DNA from: the human T2T-CHM13v2.0 reference genome, Homo sapiens | NCBI RefSeq assembly: GCF_009914755.1 | Contig: NC_060931.1 | Reading direction: 5' to 3' (one strand) | DNA length: 64,000 bases | Part shown: in pieces, positions 28,831 to 44,230 of the stretch | Layout: every line of letters begins with the position of its first letter | How positions within the stretch are numbered: the first letter of the stretch is position 1 | The notes under the pieces: generated by a model | Database searches by the model: none | What the model saw: the letters and a program-made list of their open reading frames with translations, nothing else | Told to the model about the DNA's origin: nothing | Made by a program: the position numbers and the translations under genes

Positions 28831-31800
28831 TCTGCAAGTGCCAGTTGATATTATCATTTATATTGTTTCGGGAAAAAATAAGATAGAAAAATCGGAAATT
28901 TCCTAGGTATTTCTTATGACCACTCCACATAATTACTATCCTTACAGACAGATTTTTCCTCTTTGTAGCAAAAGGATACATCTGGTTTGATTCCAACAAC
29001 ACTTTAAATAAATTTATAAGTTCTTAGCCATTTCTAATTATGTAGTTCTTTCGAAATTATATCTGCATCCAGTGGTGTTTACAAAGAATAATTTTGATTA
29101 ATGGTATCAGCACGTCCTATATAAAATACGTTTCCAGTTTTGTTATGTATATACTATGCAATTTGTGAAAATAAGCAGCTTATCTAAAACTTTTTGGTAT
29201 TTATTTCTAACTGAACTAAAGGTTCTTGTCTAATTTTGCATATTAAAAATCAATGAAAGAATCACATAATATTGACTATTTTCATAGGAAGTAAACAATT
29301 ACTGAAAACTGGGTATTCAAATAAGTTATCTTCATCACCAGGTTTTTTTCATTGGTCTGAAATTTGCTTTCTTATGGAAAAACAAAAGGAAAACTTCCTT
29401 ACCAGTCTGGATATATACGTTATATGTCATTTTTTCCAGTTTCTCATAGAAATATAAGAAAAATCTTACATGAGGATAAATTTTTAAAATATTAACTAAT
29501 ACACATCCCGTCAATATAAATAGTCACAGTGTTTATGTTCAGCTTGATATAATGACCAGGAGGCAAAATTCTGATTTTACTTTAACATATTCACTTTTCT
29601 TTGGTGCATATGTTATCCTCAGTATGGTTAATGCTTCAAGATAGAATTTTATTTTTGACACTTTAGTGGTGTTTTCCATTTTAATTTTCGCTTTTTTACT
29701 GTATGTCAGTGCGTATTTGAAAATTAGAGCATATTAATCAAAATGCATTTATATCGTCATGGTTTTAAATTTTGCATTCTCAACATAGATTAGAATTCAC
29801 TAGTACGTATTTACTATAATCCCCTCTAAACTAATGTGAAAATCTCTTTCTAAATATCATAAGGTCAAGGATTTGATCACCCGGTTAAAAAGATGCATAC
29901 ACTAAGGTTCATCTGTGTTAGATCTTCTAGGCAACGACTTTGTTGTTGTCTGTAAATGACTTTTGCCCAGTCAGAAATAAAATCAGAACCAGCAAGATCA
30001 GAATAAAGCAATAGGAGATCATTGACCTAGAACTTGGCTCCCAATTCCAAAGACCGCAAGGTCTGGGTTTCTTCATGTGAAGGAGTTGGTCACCATGTGG
30101 TGCTATTGCTACACAGCAGGCCTGGGTATCCTTGCAAAATGAACACTAACATTCTGCTTGCAGAAAAGCGTTGGTAGAAATATGAAACATTTATTTTTTG
30201 TGTAACCCATCTGTGATAGCAAAGAAAATATAACAAACCAATGAGAATATCATCAACAATAAATGGAATTACCCTTCTAATGTTAATGTTCCTGAATTCT
30301 TCAAGATTTAACTTGACAACATCTTCAAAAATTTAAATAAATTTAAAACGAAAACACACTAGTTTTGCACACACATTCTCTTCATCTTCCTTTCTCTCTT
30401 TCACTCAGTTGCGTGCACGCACATGCATGCCTACACAGCCATTTAATTGCTAGAATATATTGCCTCACTAAGTGTTTTGTGATACGGATCCAGGAAAGCC
30501 TCATGAACTCTCAAGAGGAAGACAACTGAATCAATGGCAATGAGAATACATAAGTAATAAACTGGGGATGCAAGTTAGATAAATTAAGAATTACCTCTCA
30601 TATAAGATTGAACACAATGTTTACTAGAAGTCAGATAATACCATTCTTGCCAGTCTAGATATTTCCTTTTAGGAACTTATAGTCTAGTGTCATATACAAC
30701 TTACTGTCCCAAGTGAGTTCATAGTCTAGTCTAATATTAATGAAATTATTTTTGTATTATCAAAATAAGAGTTCAGTTGTTGGACTAAAACTATTTGGTC
30801 ATAAATGGCAATCTGGTGACAATAATTTTTAATTCTTTGTTGTGTGATTATAAATAGCAAATTTTTAGAGGCTTTCAAAGTTTTGTTATGATTTCTCAAA
30901 AATATTTTGTCTATATAATAACAAAAATGATAAATCCTTCAATGTGTACTCTAATTTTTGGTAAAGAAAATAAAAATCCTTTTATGTTCTTGGCCACTTT
31001 AGCTTTAACTTAAGAGAAAAAAATCATAAATAATACAAAGAAACAGACAAAAAAATATTATGTTCAAGCTCATTTGAACATCCTTACCATTTTTTATCCT
31101 TTCACTACATCCAGCTTCTGATAAAAATTCTTGTTTTCTTATGCAAAATAAGAAATAATTTTTATAGCACTAGTTTTTGTATTTAGTAAATGAAGGTGTG
31201 CATCATTAGACTACAGCATCACACTCAGGAGAAAGCAACTACACATCTGTAGCATGATGCTAAGATATGGAAAAAAATACTTCACTTTCTTACATAAAAT
31301 AAACATACCAAGGAAGTCAGGTGAACCTTCATGGTTATTTCTTTGTCTCAGGGTCTATGATGGAGGCCCTATATTGTCTATGAACGCATCTAAATTACAC
31401 TGTTTTAAAGGAACAGATATATAGGAGATAGCTGCAAGAGGAAAAGTAATGGTCCTGGAGGAGTAGGTGACATTTTTGTCCTTTATTAATCCTCTGGAGT
31501 GGGCAGGATGGGTCTCTTTCAGTAAGGAGACATCATATGTATGTCCACTTCCACGTGTTTTCAGCTTAATTATAAATGCAACCCCCCAAAACACAAGTGC
31601 TATATATTACATTATGTATGATTACCATTTATTTCACCTATGTAAAAACCTCTAGAAATAAACTTATTTTCTATGTATAAATAAAGCTTATTAATTTAAG
31701 ATGCCCCCTCCCACTACCCTGCACATTTGATCTATCTATTCAGCTTTTTTTATTTTTTAGTTCAGCCAGATGTTGGACATACAGATGTGAGAGTCAATGC

Positions 31801-32264
31801 CCAGTCAAAAGAAAAACTGAAGATCCACAGCAGCATCTTCCCCAACACAGCCAGGAAAACACTTCAAATGTCCTTCTATGGCTTTGTGTCTGTTTGTGTG
31901 TGCATTTTAACAATGAAGATACCCCAATGACGGAAAAGATGACACTGAAAATTATTGAATATGAGGAGATCTGAACAAGAATAATTCATGGAGGATTGCT
32001 AGAGTCATCGTGTGTGGATAAACAGAATGAGTACTGCATATACACAAAAATGCTGTATTTCTTCAGTAAACAACTTGCATACCTGCAGCAGTGCTGAATG
32101 AGAAATAACAGCTAAGTGTTTTTTCTTTTCCTGCCTTTATAGTTACAGTATTCCCTACAGATTTCCCATCCAGATGCTCTTCTGTCTACAATCTGACTGT
32201 GTGCAAAATCCAAGATGATATGCTGCGATAATTTTTAGTGTTAACATGGAGGATCTATAGGCCT

Positions 32265-32266
<2 letters not shown>

Positions 32267-32300
<34 letters not shown>
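32267..32300. repeat. (TA)n microsatellite
   Basis: Directly visible. Confidence 0.95.
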
Positions 32301-32305
<5 letters not shown>

Positions 32306-32349
32306 ATATATATATGTATGTCAAATGCATGGTGTCCATTTACATTCTC

Positions 32350-32500
32350 ATTGATCTTGAACTATTTCTTAAGCTCTGTGTCTTATATTTAAATGGGGGA
32401 AAGTAGTATTTAACTCCCTTTCAGAGTTTCTCTGAGAATCACTACAGATTTCATGCAAATTATCTAAAAAAAACCATAGTTTTCAATAAATGTTAATCAT
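32350..32500 (+). mobile_element. MIR fragment
   Basis: ctctgtgtcttatatttaaatggggga...tcaataaatgttaat. Confidence 0.5.
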
Positions 32501-33421
32501 AATGGAATTCCACATTAAAAAACTTAAATTACACATTGATGAACAAATATTAATTGAATATTATGTTTACTTATTATTATTCCCTCAGGAAACAGGAATG
32601 TATGTAAAGTATTCCTGACCCAAATTAGGAATTCCTCCATACATGCAATCAGACTTTCTTAAGATCCTCAACCAATTAAATAGTTAGCTTGTAACACAAA
32701 CTGACAGTCTTAGATTTTTCCCATTCAAAAAAACTAGTCTCCTTATTCTCATGATACTCTCCACTGCACAGATAATTTGAACAGATGCAAATTCATACTA
32801 AACATTTTTATCTTTTATATTAAAATATATGACTATTATTTTTAATAAATTCAAAACCCAAATTCAGTTTTCAAACACAGAAGTGTAAAAAAGCTCAAAA
32901 TTATATTTATAATATTGAGTATGATGTATTGCCATTTTACATATATGTATATGTTTATACATATATATACAACCATTTAGCATAAAGCCGATGTTTCCGT
33001 AGAAGCATGAAAGTGTAAACAGTTTTGAAAATTTACAGGTTGTGATGATAATTGTGCAAGCTCTAGTTGTGTGATTATTATAGTAAAATATATAAAAGGC
33101 TATTGGTGTCTGTTTATGCTGGATTTTATGTTTCTATCTGGAATGCTAAACTCCCACTTGAAGGCACACAAAATGAAACAGCAGTTCAAAATAAAGCTTA
33201 TGGTAAAAACTTTTAAGATGTTATATCATTTTGGAGTAATAGAATTTTCTCACTAGTATATCTATGCTGTTCCAAAATAAAGATGCATCTGTATGCATCT
33301 TTGAAACATGCATACACAACACTGTACGATGTTTTATTTGAGTGCAAGTGGAAGACGAATGTTGCATAATGTTATGACATATTTTCCATGACATAGAATG
33401 GCCTCTCTTCATTTGCGTGTA

Positions 33422-33440
33422 TGTGTGTGTGTGTGTGTGT
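33422..33440. repeat. (TG)n microsatellite
   Basis: Directly visible. Confidence 0.9.
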
Positions 33441-35229
33441 ATACATTTATGTAAGTTTCTTTGTATTTTATCTTGTGTTAGAATTGTGTTAGTTGACCTC
33501 AATTCTTTATTTCCTCTTGGACAGGGCAATATGTAAGGTGTATAGATTATTTTCTCTTCTTCTAATAGCTTCTTTTAGTACTTTGAACAACACACTTAAA
33601 TCTTAGAAATACAACAGCAACTACTGACTGCCAAGAAAGATGAGGAAATTAGTATCCTTAACATGCCTTTATATTTTAATTTCTCTCTACTTTCAGGCCA
33701 GGCAGGGTGCAGTCTACACACAGCACATAACCTGAGCAACAGACATTAATGATTTTTTTTCAGAATTGTGTTTCTGTATCACTTTATTCTTATTGCAACC
33801 AACCATCTTTATATTAATATATAATTTTTAAAATAAATTTTATTTTTAATACATTGTTTTGTTCCCAGAACTACAAAAACTGTTTTCCCTCAATATTATA
33901 TCTATGTGTATTCAATATTCAATGACTTTTGTAATAGTGTAACTGCCTTATTCCTGAGCTTATATTTATTAATCTCTTAGTGGTTGGATTCCAGCCACAA
34001 GTAGTAGCAGTAGGTTTTGCTTGTTAAATCTGAGGCTTTAAACATTTCATAACCTTTTAAGATACATATTCAGACATGAAGGACAATTGAGCTGGGTATC
34101 ATATTTTTGTGGGCTACAAATTCCATCATAAGTCATTTTCATTGCCTTCTCATACTGAATGCTATAAACTCCAAAATATTCATCATTCATTTAATATATT
34201 TTTATTATTTTCTTACTTTACTTACTTGCTATTCCCATTTTTGCTTTTTATTTTAGATATCCAATTTAGTGTATTTTATTTATTTTTGGATGGCGCATAT
34301 TACCTAAAAGCTTTTCAACTTTTCTTATGGAAAAGTTTTTCATAATGGAGACTTCATCTTCTGTTGCATGTTATTGTTTTCTTTAGAGGGGGGAGGATCC
34401 TATAAATTTAGGTATTACATAATATGTGGCTGTATTTTTAAAGAGCTATATTTTATGAACTTTTAAAATACTTATATTGATGTCTTCTTTTTCTTTATAA
34501 GCACCATGAGATTCTTTTCTTTTAGCAGAAGAGTAGCAATACACCTATTAAAATTTTTAGAATTAATTATATGTTGACAGACTAGATTTGCAGGATGAAA
34601 ACAAGAGAAGAGTTTACTCTGATGTTTATGGCTGCACCTGTGGAAAAAGGCTATTTTCAGTGTTTCAGATAATATAGCACCCTCTCACTCATTCTGCAAG
34701 ATGATGAGCATTCATAAACAGAATAAATATTGTTGCTAATGTCATGTTTGTGGTAGTGTGGTAAGAGCAAAAATGAAATCCAGGTCTCATGACTAGCAGG
34801 CCAACATATTCACCAGAAGATTATTAAGTTTATTTACTCCAATGAGTGAAGATAAGTAGTAAGTTAGAAAAAGGTTTTCATTCTATAGAAAGCTGGTGTT
34901 ACTAAACTTCTCTAACTATATTTTAGGTCTCAAAGATAATGTAAAAACTCTTAACACCTATTTTTTGTCTAGCATTAGTATTCACATGTTGTACTTTAAT
35001 TGGTAGACTTATAACAGTAATAATCAAATGAGGAACTGAAATTAAAATAAAATCAAAACATGAAGACAAAGGAGACTTTGACACTGTATATATAATGTTT
35101 TATTTTTAAATTTTAGCAAATAATATGCACTTATATATGTGAAGATTTTATCTATCCATCTAACTATATATTTATAGAGTAGTCAATGAATACTTTTGTA
35201 GTGTTCATTTTACTAGCAGTAGAAGGCTC

Positions 35230-36650
35230 AAGGATGTGAGAGACAAACTGTGCAGAGTTTGCAAGAAGCAATTTCTAAAAGATACAAAGGTCTAGAAATG
35301 GAAACATCTTTGATGTGTCTAAAGACATCTGGATTCCAATGTGGCTGAAACCAAGTAAACAAGGGGAGATGAGATGGAAGATGAAGTCAAATGGTGAGAG
35401 GGAGCCTGTTCATTCAGCTTTGTATAAGTCATACTAAGTACTTGGGTTTTATACTGAGTGAGCTGAAAAATACTGGACTGTTTTAAACAGAGAAGTGATA
35501 TATGATCTAGCTTAAATTTTAAAGGAAACATTAGGTTTGTACTGAAGAAATATCCTGGAGTATAAGGGTATCTTAAGTTTTAACAAGGGGTTGGAGGTAG
35601 AGGTGAGGATAAATAATTATATTTTGGCTACAATTTTGATATAGAAACAACAAAATATCCTAATGAAAAATATTTGAAATGAGAATCAAAAAAATGAGAG
35701 AGAAGTAAAAGGTGACCTTAAGTTAATTTGTATGAACAATTAGAAGAATGGAGCTGACATTTACTGAGATGGGGTAAACTGTGAGAACTGGTTTGTTGAG
35801 AGAGGATTAAGAAATCCTTTTGGAAGTAGTTAATTCAGCTAATTGACTAAAATAAGGTAAAAAACTAAAGCTGGAGATTTAGGATCATAGGTAAAATAAA
35901 GCTATTTAAAGTTATAAGTTTGGATGTGTTTGCTTTGGGAAGTAGTAGACAGAGAAAACACTGATCTTCAAGATTGACTTTAGAGCACTCAAAGACTCAG
36001 AGCTCAGAAAAATAGTGAAGACCCATCAAAGGAGGTAGCCTGTAAAATAAGGCAAGAAACAAATGTAATTAATATTATGTCCTGCAAGCCATGCTAACAA
36101 AGTATTTTAAGAAGGAAGGACTGATCAATCATGTCAAATGCCCTATAAACCAAGTAAGAAGAAATCTAAGAGTTGAGCATTTTATTTTACATAAGGTAAG
36201 ACACTGTTTACCTTTACCATGATCTATTTCAATTCAGGGGTGGGCCTCAAAGCCTAATCAGAGTAGGATCAATAAGAAGCAGGAATGTATTCTTCTTAGA
36301 CCAGAATGGCAGGAAGAACATAGTAGTTGAATATCTCCAAACTTTCTGAGGGGAATTCAACTGGCAAAAACTGAAAATTAACTAAAATTTCAAGGTAAAC
36401 ATCTTCATAAAACAAGAAGATCAGTTGGGTGACTATTGAAAAAGTCCAGGTTAAGAGATTTTTGTAGTTGGAATCTGAGTGATAGCAAAGGAGATGATAA
36501 GTGGTTGGATCCTTGATACACTGTTTAAGAGGAACCAACAGGAGTACTTGCAAGATTAGATGTAGGCTTTGAGAGAAAAAGAGGATCTAAGACAACTCTA
36601 ATTTTGTTTAAACACAGCATCTTGAATGATGCAGATGTCTTAACTGAAAT
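35230..36650 (-). mobile_element. L2 LINE remnant
   Basis: gttttaaacagagaagtgatatatgatctag, gaatggagctgacatttactgagatggg and tgatcaatcatgtcaaatgc are typical antisense L2 motifs. Confidence 0.7.
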
Positions 36651-39253
36651 GGTAGTGATTTTTTTGAAGTGCAAGTCAAGTTGTGGCACAAAGCTGCTTA
36701 GAATCTTTCAATGGTTTTGTCAATTCAGAGTCAAATACAATGTCCTTATTATGGTATATAACATAAAAACTGGCCTAACTGGACTCATCTCCAGCATCTC
36801 CAGTAATATTAACATCCTCAAATTCTTATTCTGCAATTAGTTGCATATAGCCTTATGCTATCTCTTATAATTTAATACAATAACCTTTTTATCTGCATGC
36901 TTTCATTATATAAATGGATTGTAATATACCTAAAATTAGAGATTCTACCCTTACCAAAACTTAGAAATAGTCTAAACATATACATAGAAGCTGTTCATAT
37001 AAACTTTTTAAGTAAATCAAAATATATAATAAAAACTGTTGCTTCCTATAGACTTGGCATAGTATATTACGGAAACAATTGTCTTGAATTTCTGAGTGTT
37101 TTGGAAATGTTATGATGTCTACCTGAGTATTTAATATGACAGCTAGAGACTACGTTCTAGTGTGACAGAAGTATATTGTTCAATATATCATTTTTTTCAG
37201 ACCATAAAATAAGTTTTACATTTTAGATTTTACTTCTGACATACAAGGTAGGTGGTAAACTAACCTAATAATAATAATAATAATGATTTATGTTTCCAGT
37301 GTTATATGTCACATGCTTATAGCATAAGCAGCAGTGTTATCGGTTTCAATACAAAATGGTGTGAACCAAAAAGAGACTTCAGAAATATTTCCATGGGAAA
37401 CCTAAGCGATTCACCCTTCATGGGACAAAAAGCTAATTGTGGAAGATTGCTATAAAAAAAAATCCACAAATTTCCATCAAAATCTATTGCAAATCACTTA
37501 GAGATTTGTATTTCTATAAAAGAGCTACAAAGGGATGATAGATGAGATGGTTTCTCCTGGAATGACAAAGGATCAAGAATCTTATGTAGAATAGTCAGAG
37601 GTTTTAAACACAAAATCTTGAAGGATTCTGCTAAGAGTGTAAAAAGCAGGTGTTTGTTCTAAAGCTAGACTACCAGAATAATGAAAAATTCCAGTATAAA
37701 AATTCATGAAAGGAAAACTCATAACTGTGTCATAAAAAGATAATTATTATCTCAGATATAAGCCAGATGCTCTCCTGTGGATTGCATATTAATATTCACA
37801 GATAGAAGGTTCTGTTTAGACAGAAGCGTTCCATTTGATGGGTTATATATGCAGTAAGCAGAGAAACTGGCTTAGGGGTGATAATAACTGCAGAAGACAG
37901 AATCATGAGTTCAGACTTTTGGATATTGTTAGTACTATTTGGTTTTAGCATTTGCTTTTTATTTTCAGGCATTAATGGGTCAATCACAGTTTTGCGACTT
38001 TTGTAAATTATATTTTTGTGGAAGTCATTTTCCCCTGTAAGGTTCCTGCTGTTTCTATGAATTATATGAATAACATGTATGTATGTTTTGTACGGTTTTT
38101 CAGTGTCAATTGGATAAAGGATACTATGTGATCTGAATCTTATAATTAAAGTTAAATAAACAATTACTATTTTGGAATTAGGTAGACTCTTGAAGAAACC
38201 AAATTCTACCCAATTAAATAGCATTTTATGTTTCTTAATATGAGGCCTGAGATAGTATTAAGTAACAGTTGCTCCAGATCAAGGCAACTGATCGGTGATC
38301 CTAGGCAAATTAACTCATCAAAAATGAAGAAGCTCCCAATACTGACCAACCAGATGAATATGACTCAGTCAACATCAAAATCAATGAGGTGAAAACAGTC
38401 TGCTTTCAGTGAAAAATCAATGGTGGTGAAAATGAACTTCCTTGAACTTGACTTTTACAGATTTGGAGCCTGCCTTGAATAACAGAAGGGTATTCCAGTG
38501 ATAATAGATTCCTGCCTCTTTCTAGTCAGTTTCTAATCCTTTAGAATTTAACAGTAATTCCATGTCATAGTATTTGGGATCTCCTACTGTAAAATTCAAC
38601 TAAAGCCAGAAATTTCAAGTATGAGCAACAAAGCCATCACCTAAGAGCTCTGCAGAATGAAATCTAAATGGGTAGATTGGGCACATCATGAATGGGCACT
38701 TAGATGAATAGCTTACCTGCCATTTAACAAAACTCCACAATTACCTCCACTCACATTTAGCTCTGGAAAAATACAGCGGCATATATTTTTGTAAGGTAGC
38801 TCAAAACAGATTGTTAGATAATTTGCACGTGTAATAATGTTCTGGTACCCTAGCTTTTCCCCAAAACAAAACAACTTTGCCCTATTTATTAACAGTCCTG
38901 AATTTCAATCTAGATTCTTGGGGAAGGCTTGTGATGAAAAGGGTGCTCAGTGTCCATTACTTGGTCTTGCAGCTTGGTCTGTTAGCAACTTCTGCCACTT
39001 AGTCAACTTTCTCTTTTTCCTCCCTAAAGTCAACCAGTGCAATTCCTAATACTAAAACCATGTTATCTACATATCATGAGACTTATGGTTCTTTCCAAAG
39101 GTGTAAATGACATACTTCCAGATAAGATTTTGAATTTTCCTAAAATATCATCTCGAATAATGTTTGGGTCAAAACATAGCAGATCCCCAAATAATGTAAC
39201 TCTTTATTGAAGTTTTTTGGAAATTGCGGCTTGTAATTTATATTCCTCTGAAA

Positions 39254-39552
39254 GAAGGGTCAGAATACTTTTACTGTAAAGGGATAGACAGGAAATATTT
39301 TAGGTTTTGTGGGCTACATGGCCTGTTTCAAAATGCTCACCTGTGCTGCAGTAGCGTGAAGGTAGCAATAGACAATACATTAAAGAATGAGCATGGCTGT
39401 GTTCTAATAAAAATTTATAATTTTCATGTGTCCAAAAGATATTCTTATTTGACTTTAAATCATGTGAAATTTTAAAATCCATTAGGTTGTAGGTAGTACA
39501 AAAAGAGGTGCTGGGCCAGATTTGGCTGCAGACTGTATTCTACTAACCCCAG
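39254..39552 (+). mobile_element. MER58(B)-like hAT-Charlie MITE
   Basis: ctgtaaaggga..aaatattttaggttttgtgggc, gaatgagcatggctgtgttctaataaaa, gggccagatttggc. Confidence 0.85.
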
Positions 39553-40289
39553 CTCTAAGGCATACATATGAAGTATTGCTATATATTTATGGGTATACAC
39601 ATTGTTGGTCCTTGTTACAAATGAATGAAACATTCAAACCTCTTATAGATGTTCTTTTTCTCTCATATTTTCCTATTAAAATGTTTAGCACTCCATATGA
39701 CTTATTATTCCATAATTAACTAGCATTGCTAGTTTAGATTTTCTTCATTGAGAATATTGGTTAAATTCTATCCCATATTAATCACAATACATGTTGAATA
39801 TTCAGGATTAAACAAAATAGTCCAGGGATAAAACTCATGGAGATAATCATTAAAGGCATTTTTCGAGCCTTCCCAAGGGAGTGACTTTCCCCTGACAAAC
39901 GATGAGTTCCTCAGCTAGATAGGATGGGTTAGGGCCCAAAGCAGTCCAAGAAGAAGAATTTGTTAAGAATGGTGTATCGTTAAGCAGAGCAGAATTAGAG
40001 GTTAATGGTAGAGAATACCCAGAGGACAGAAACAATAAGTTGGAACTAAACTCTTGCTTTTAGCTGCATGTAAGAGGAAATTGAACTCACGCTGGTGTGA
40101 ATGACTGAAATGATTTATTTCCTAAGCTAACTGAAAAAAAGTCCTGAATCAGGTATAGTCAAATCAGCCCTCTGCTGTGTGCTTTTTTAGACATGCTATG
40201 CTATGATAATCACTATGCACCTGAAACAATATTCAAAGGTTCTTCAAGTTACTTTGTCTAAAGAGAGGAAAAATCTTTCCTGTAAATAA

Positions 40290-40700
<411 letters not shown>

Positions 40701-40944
40701 AGGCATGGACTTTCTGAGCAAACCACTAGCGAGGGTATGACTGCCCTTTGGATTTGGAAGTGAGATCAGCAGCAGCTCCTAAGAACACGGACTCTGCAGT
40801 GACTGTATCATTACCTGAAGCCGAACTGGAGTATGAATATTAAGGGGTCAGCAAGTGGCAGCCATGACAAAATTCCGAGTTTTTTCCTATAAAGTGAGCA
40901 GCAGGATGGCATCACAAAATATCATGCAAGGAATGATTGTATAT

Positions 40945-40948
40945 TTGT

Positions 40949-40980
<32 letters not shown>

Positions 40981-40981
40981 T
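40945..40981. repeat. (TTTTG)n simple repeat
   Basis: Directly visible. Confidence 0.85.
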
Positions 40982-41035
40982 GCATTTTACTTTTTTTTCT
41001 TTGCTAGTAGTACAAAGTCATACTTTAATGATCAA

Positions 41036-41337
41036 GGCCAGGCATGGTGGCTCAGGCCTATAACCCCAGCACTTTGGGAGCTGAGGTAGGAGTATCACTT
41101 AAGTCCAGGAGTTTAAGACCACCCTGGGCAACATAGAGAGACCTCATCACTCCAAGAAAAGAAAAAAATAAATTAGCCAGGCATAGTGGTGCACACCTGT
41201 GGTCCCAGCTACTAGAGATGGTGAGGTTGGAGGATGGCTTGAGCCGAGGAGTTCAAGGCTTCTGTGAGCCATGATTGTGTCACTGTATGCCAGCCTAGGC
41301 TACCAAGTGAGACCCTGTCTCAAAAAAAAAAAAAAAA
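41036..41337 (+). mobile_element. AluJ
   Basis: ggatggcttgagccgaggagttcaaggct..gtgagccatgatt (J-type) + poly(A). Confidence 0.93.
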
Positions 41338-41349
41338 TTAGATTTCAAT

Positions 41350-42850
41350 TTTTTATTTTTAAAATTTTAAACAACTTTATTAAGAGAGAATTCACATATC
41401 ATACAATTCACACATTTAAAGTGGACAATTCAATAGTTTTTAGTCTCTTCACAGATATGTTCCACAATTAATTGTTTCATCACAACAGAATATTTTCATC
41501 AGCTCAGAAAGAAACTTCCTTTACTTCCTACACTTTAGCTATTTCCATTTTTTCTTCCCTTTTCTCCAGTCTTAAGCAAATATTAATCTAATTTCTACCT
41601 TTATTGATTTCTCAACTCTCAGCATTTCATATAAAAGGATTCATATACTATGTGGCCTTTCGTGATTGGCCTTTTTCACTTAGGATAACGTTTTCAAGGT
41701 TTGTCTAAATTGTAGCATATGTCAGTGCTTCATAGCTTTGTTGTTTTTGTTGTTGTTGTTGTTGAAACAGTGTCTCACTCTGTCACCCAGGGTGGAGTGC
41801 AGTGGTGCAATCTTGGCTCACTGCAACCTCCGCCTACTGGGGTTCAGGCAATTCTCATGGCTCAGCCTCCAGAGTGGTTGGAATTACAGGCATGTGCCAC
41901 CCCACCCAGCTAATTTTGCATTTTTAGTAGAGATAGGGTTTTCCCATGTTGGCCAGGGTGGTCTTGAACTCCTGGCCTCAAGTGATCCACCGCCTCAGCC
42001 TCCCAAAATGCTGGGATTACAGGCGTGAGCTACTGCACCCAGCCACTTCATATCTTTATTGGCCAAAAATATTTCATTGTATGAATACTCATTGTATAGA
42101 TTTTGTTTATCCATTGGTCTGTTAATGGACATTTAGGCTATTTCGACATTTTGAAAACTGTGAATAGTGCTTCTAGGAACATTTCTATATAAGTTTTTGT
42201 TAGACTTAAATAACTGTTTTCAATTATCTTAGGTATATACACAGTAGTGGAATTGCTGGTTCATTGGGTTTAATCGTTTGAGAAACTGCCTGACGTTTTT
42301 TCAAAGTGGCTATACCATTTACATTCTCACTAGCAGCATACAAGAGTTTTGATTTCTTCACATGCTCTGCAGTATGTGTTGTTATCTGAATTTGATTCTA
42401 GCCATCCTAGTGAGTATAAAGTGATATCTCATTGTGTTTTTAATGTTATTTCCCTGATGACTAATAATATTAAACATTATTAGCAATTTGTATATATTCC
42501 TTGGAGAAATGTTTATTTTGCCCATTTTATAATTTGGTTATTTTACTTCTCAATGTTAGTTTGTAAGAGTTCTTTATATAGTGTAATTAGATGTATAATT
42601 TGCAAATATTAGATGTACAGTTTGCAAATATTTTCCCAAATTTTATGGTTCATCTCATTTTCTTCATGGTATATTCTGAAGCACAGTTATTTTTAATTTT
42701 TGATGAAGTTCAAATTATTTATTTATTTTACTGTTCATGCTTTTGGCATCATATTTCATGTTTGAGTTTTATAAAAATACATTTATACCCACATTTACTA
42801 TGTCTTATTTCTTTTACCCATCATTCTTGTTATTGAACTATACCCAATAG
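41350..42850 (-). mobile_element. Old L1M (L1MB-like) 3' region interrupted by an Alu
   Basis: caactttattaagagagaattcacatatcatacaattcacacatttaaagtggacaattca is an L1MB-type 3' end in reverse. Confidence 0.8.
41740..42044 (-). mobile_element. Alu (Jb/Sz-like) with a (TTG)n tail
   Basis: Reverse dimer; TSD gcttcatagcttt/acttcatatcttt at 41727-41739 and 42045-42057. Confidence 0.93.
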
Positions 42851-43651
42851 TGCCTTACTAAACTCAAGGTATATAATAGGAATTAGAAAGATTTCTAAGA
42901 GGTTAAATTTATGCATATGAGTTTAAACATTAATATATCTATCAGTGGGCTTACTCTTCAAAACATTAAAAAAGAAGTTAAACAGATGTTAGTATCTCAA
43001 TAGAGGACATTATGGGCAAAAGACTTATTAGGGGCTAATCAAGCCGCCCATCTGCAAAGAATAAATAGACACCACACCTAGTTTAAAGTAATAAAATGTA
43101 TAACAAGTGCTAATTCACACACCTGGTCACCCTGTCACTCCTGCTTACATAATTGGCTTTGTACTTTTAAATTTCCCTATGGGAAAAGTAATAGAAAACT
43201 TTTGGTGAGTTAAATAATTGGATGGCATCACTGAGAAACATATCATAGTACTTTGTAAATAGTAGAGACTTTACAAATATTTGTCCAAGAATGATATTTC
43301 AAAGTTGCTACATGGATTTAGGCAGATGAAGCTGAAACCTGACCAACTGAATACATTAATTCATCCATATCATGGGCCAACTGCTGCAGAAATGAGGTAA
43401 TAAATTAAGATAGTTTTTGATGCAAACAAGGATTACAATTTTAAAACTGCATTTTAAGTATCAATTTAATAAATAATCATTATAAATCAGTCACTTAAAT
43501 TATAAAGACACTGACAAAAGCTGTTTGATGTTTTACATACCTACCAAAACTCTTATTCAAAATTCTAGAATGATGAAATGTTAGAAGGCAAAGGAATTTC
43601 TTGTGATAACCCTGCAGACACAACATGGCCTCTAGCCCAAATTTGGTTCTA

Positions 43652-44006
43652 ATGTCAAGGCTGCTGATAACAACACACAGAGCAAGAGAGTATGGAAATG
43701 TTAATTACTTCCATGATTGAGATTTCTGAGGTGATCGAGGCAGACTTCCCAGGAAGGTCCAGAATGGCTTGAGAGAGCAGGGAAAGGCAACTGGCTCGGC
43801 ATTTTTATTGTGGCTGTGGATGCCATTGAGCTGTGAGTTCCACGAAGGGTCAAGGGCTTGAGTGTTTTAAATCTCCTCCTTGAATCAAGGAGAAAGCACC
43901 CAGGCTTTTTTTATCAGCTTGCCCAGATGTAGGCCAAAAAAGAAAGCAGTGGGTCTAAAAAGCTTTAGCAGTTGAACACAAAAATGGAGTCAGGCTCTTT
44001 GTGATG
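43652..44006 (-). mobile_element. Ancient ERV-type solo LTR, family uncertain
   Basis: Ends in aaaatggagtcaggctctttgtgat (reverse complement ...gactccatttt, a common LTR 5' motif); GC-richer than the flanks. Confidence 0.55.
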
Positions 44007-44009
44007 GAG

Positions 44010-44230
44010 TTCTAGTTAAATTAAGGAGGCGTATGTAGAAATTAGGAATGTGCAGATGCTGGAATCAAACTTATTTGTTTTATTCCCTTCTCTCCCACGT
44101 GCTAGATATCTGACCTTGGGAAAATTACATCACGTTTTTGTATCTCAGGATCCCCATCTGTATAATTTTTATAATCAGAGTATTTATTTTTTAGAATTTC
44201 TTTAGGAGTATATATTTGCAAATTATGCAA
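44010..44230 (+). mobile_element. MIR
   Basis: tgaccttgggaaaattacatcac...tctcaggatccccatctgtataat. Confidence 0.65.

Noticed and set aside
37796-38224. 142-aa minus-strand ORF and similar AT-rich ORFs (1624-2064, 2234-2563, 27571-27891, 52075-52410)
   Set aside because: No recognisable domain, composition typical of random AT-rich frames, and several overlap degenerate repeats.
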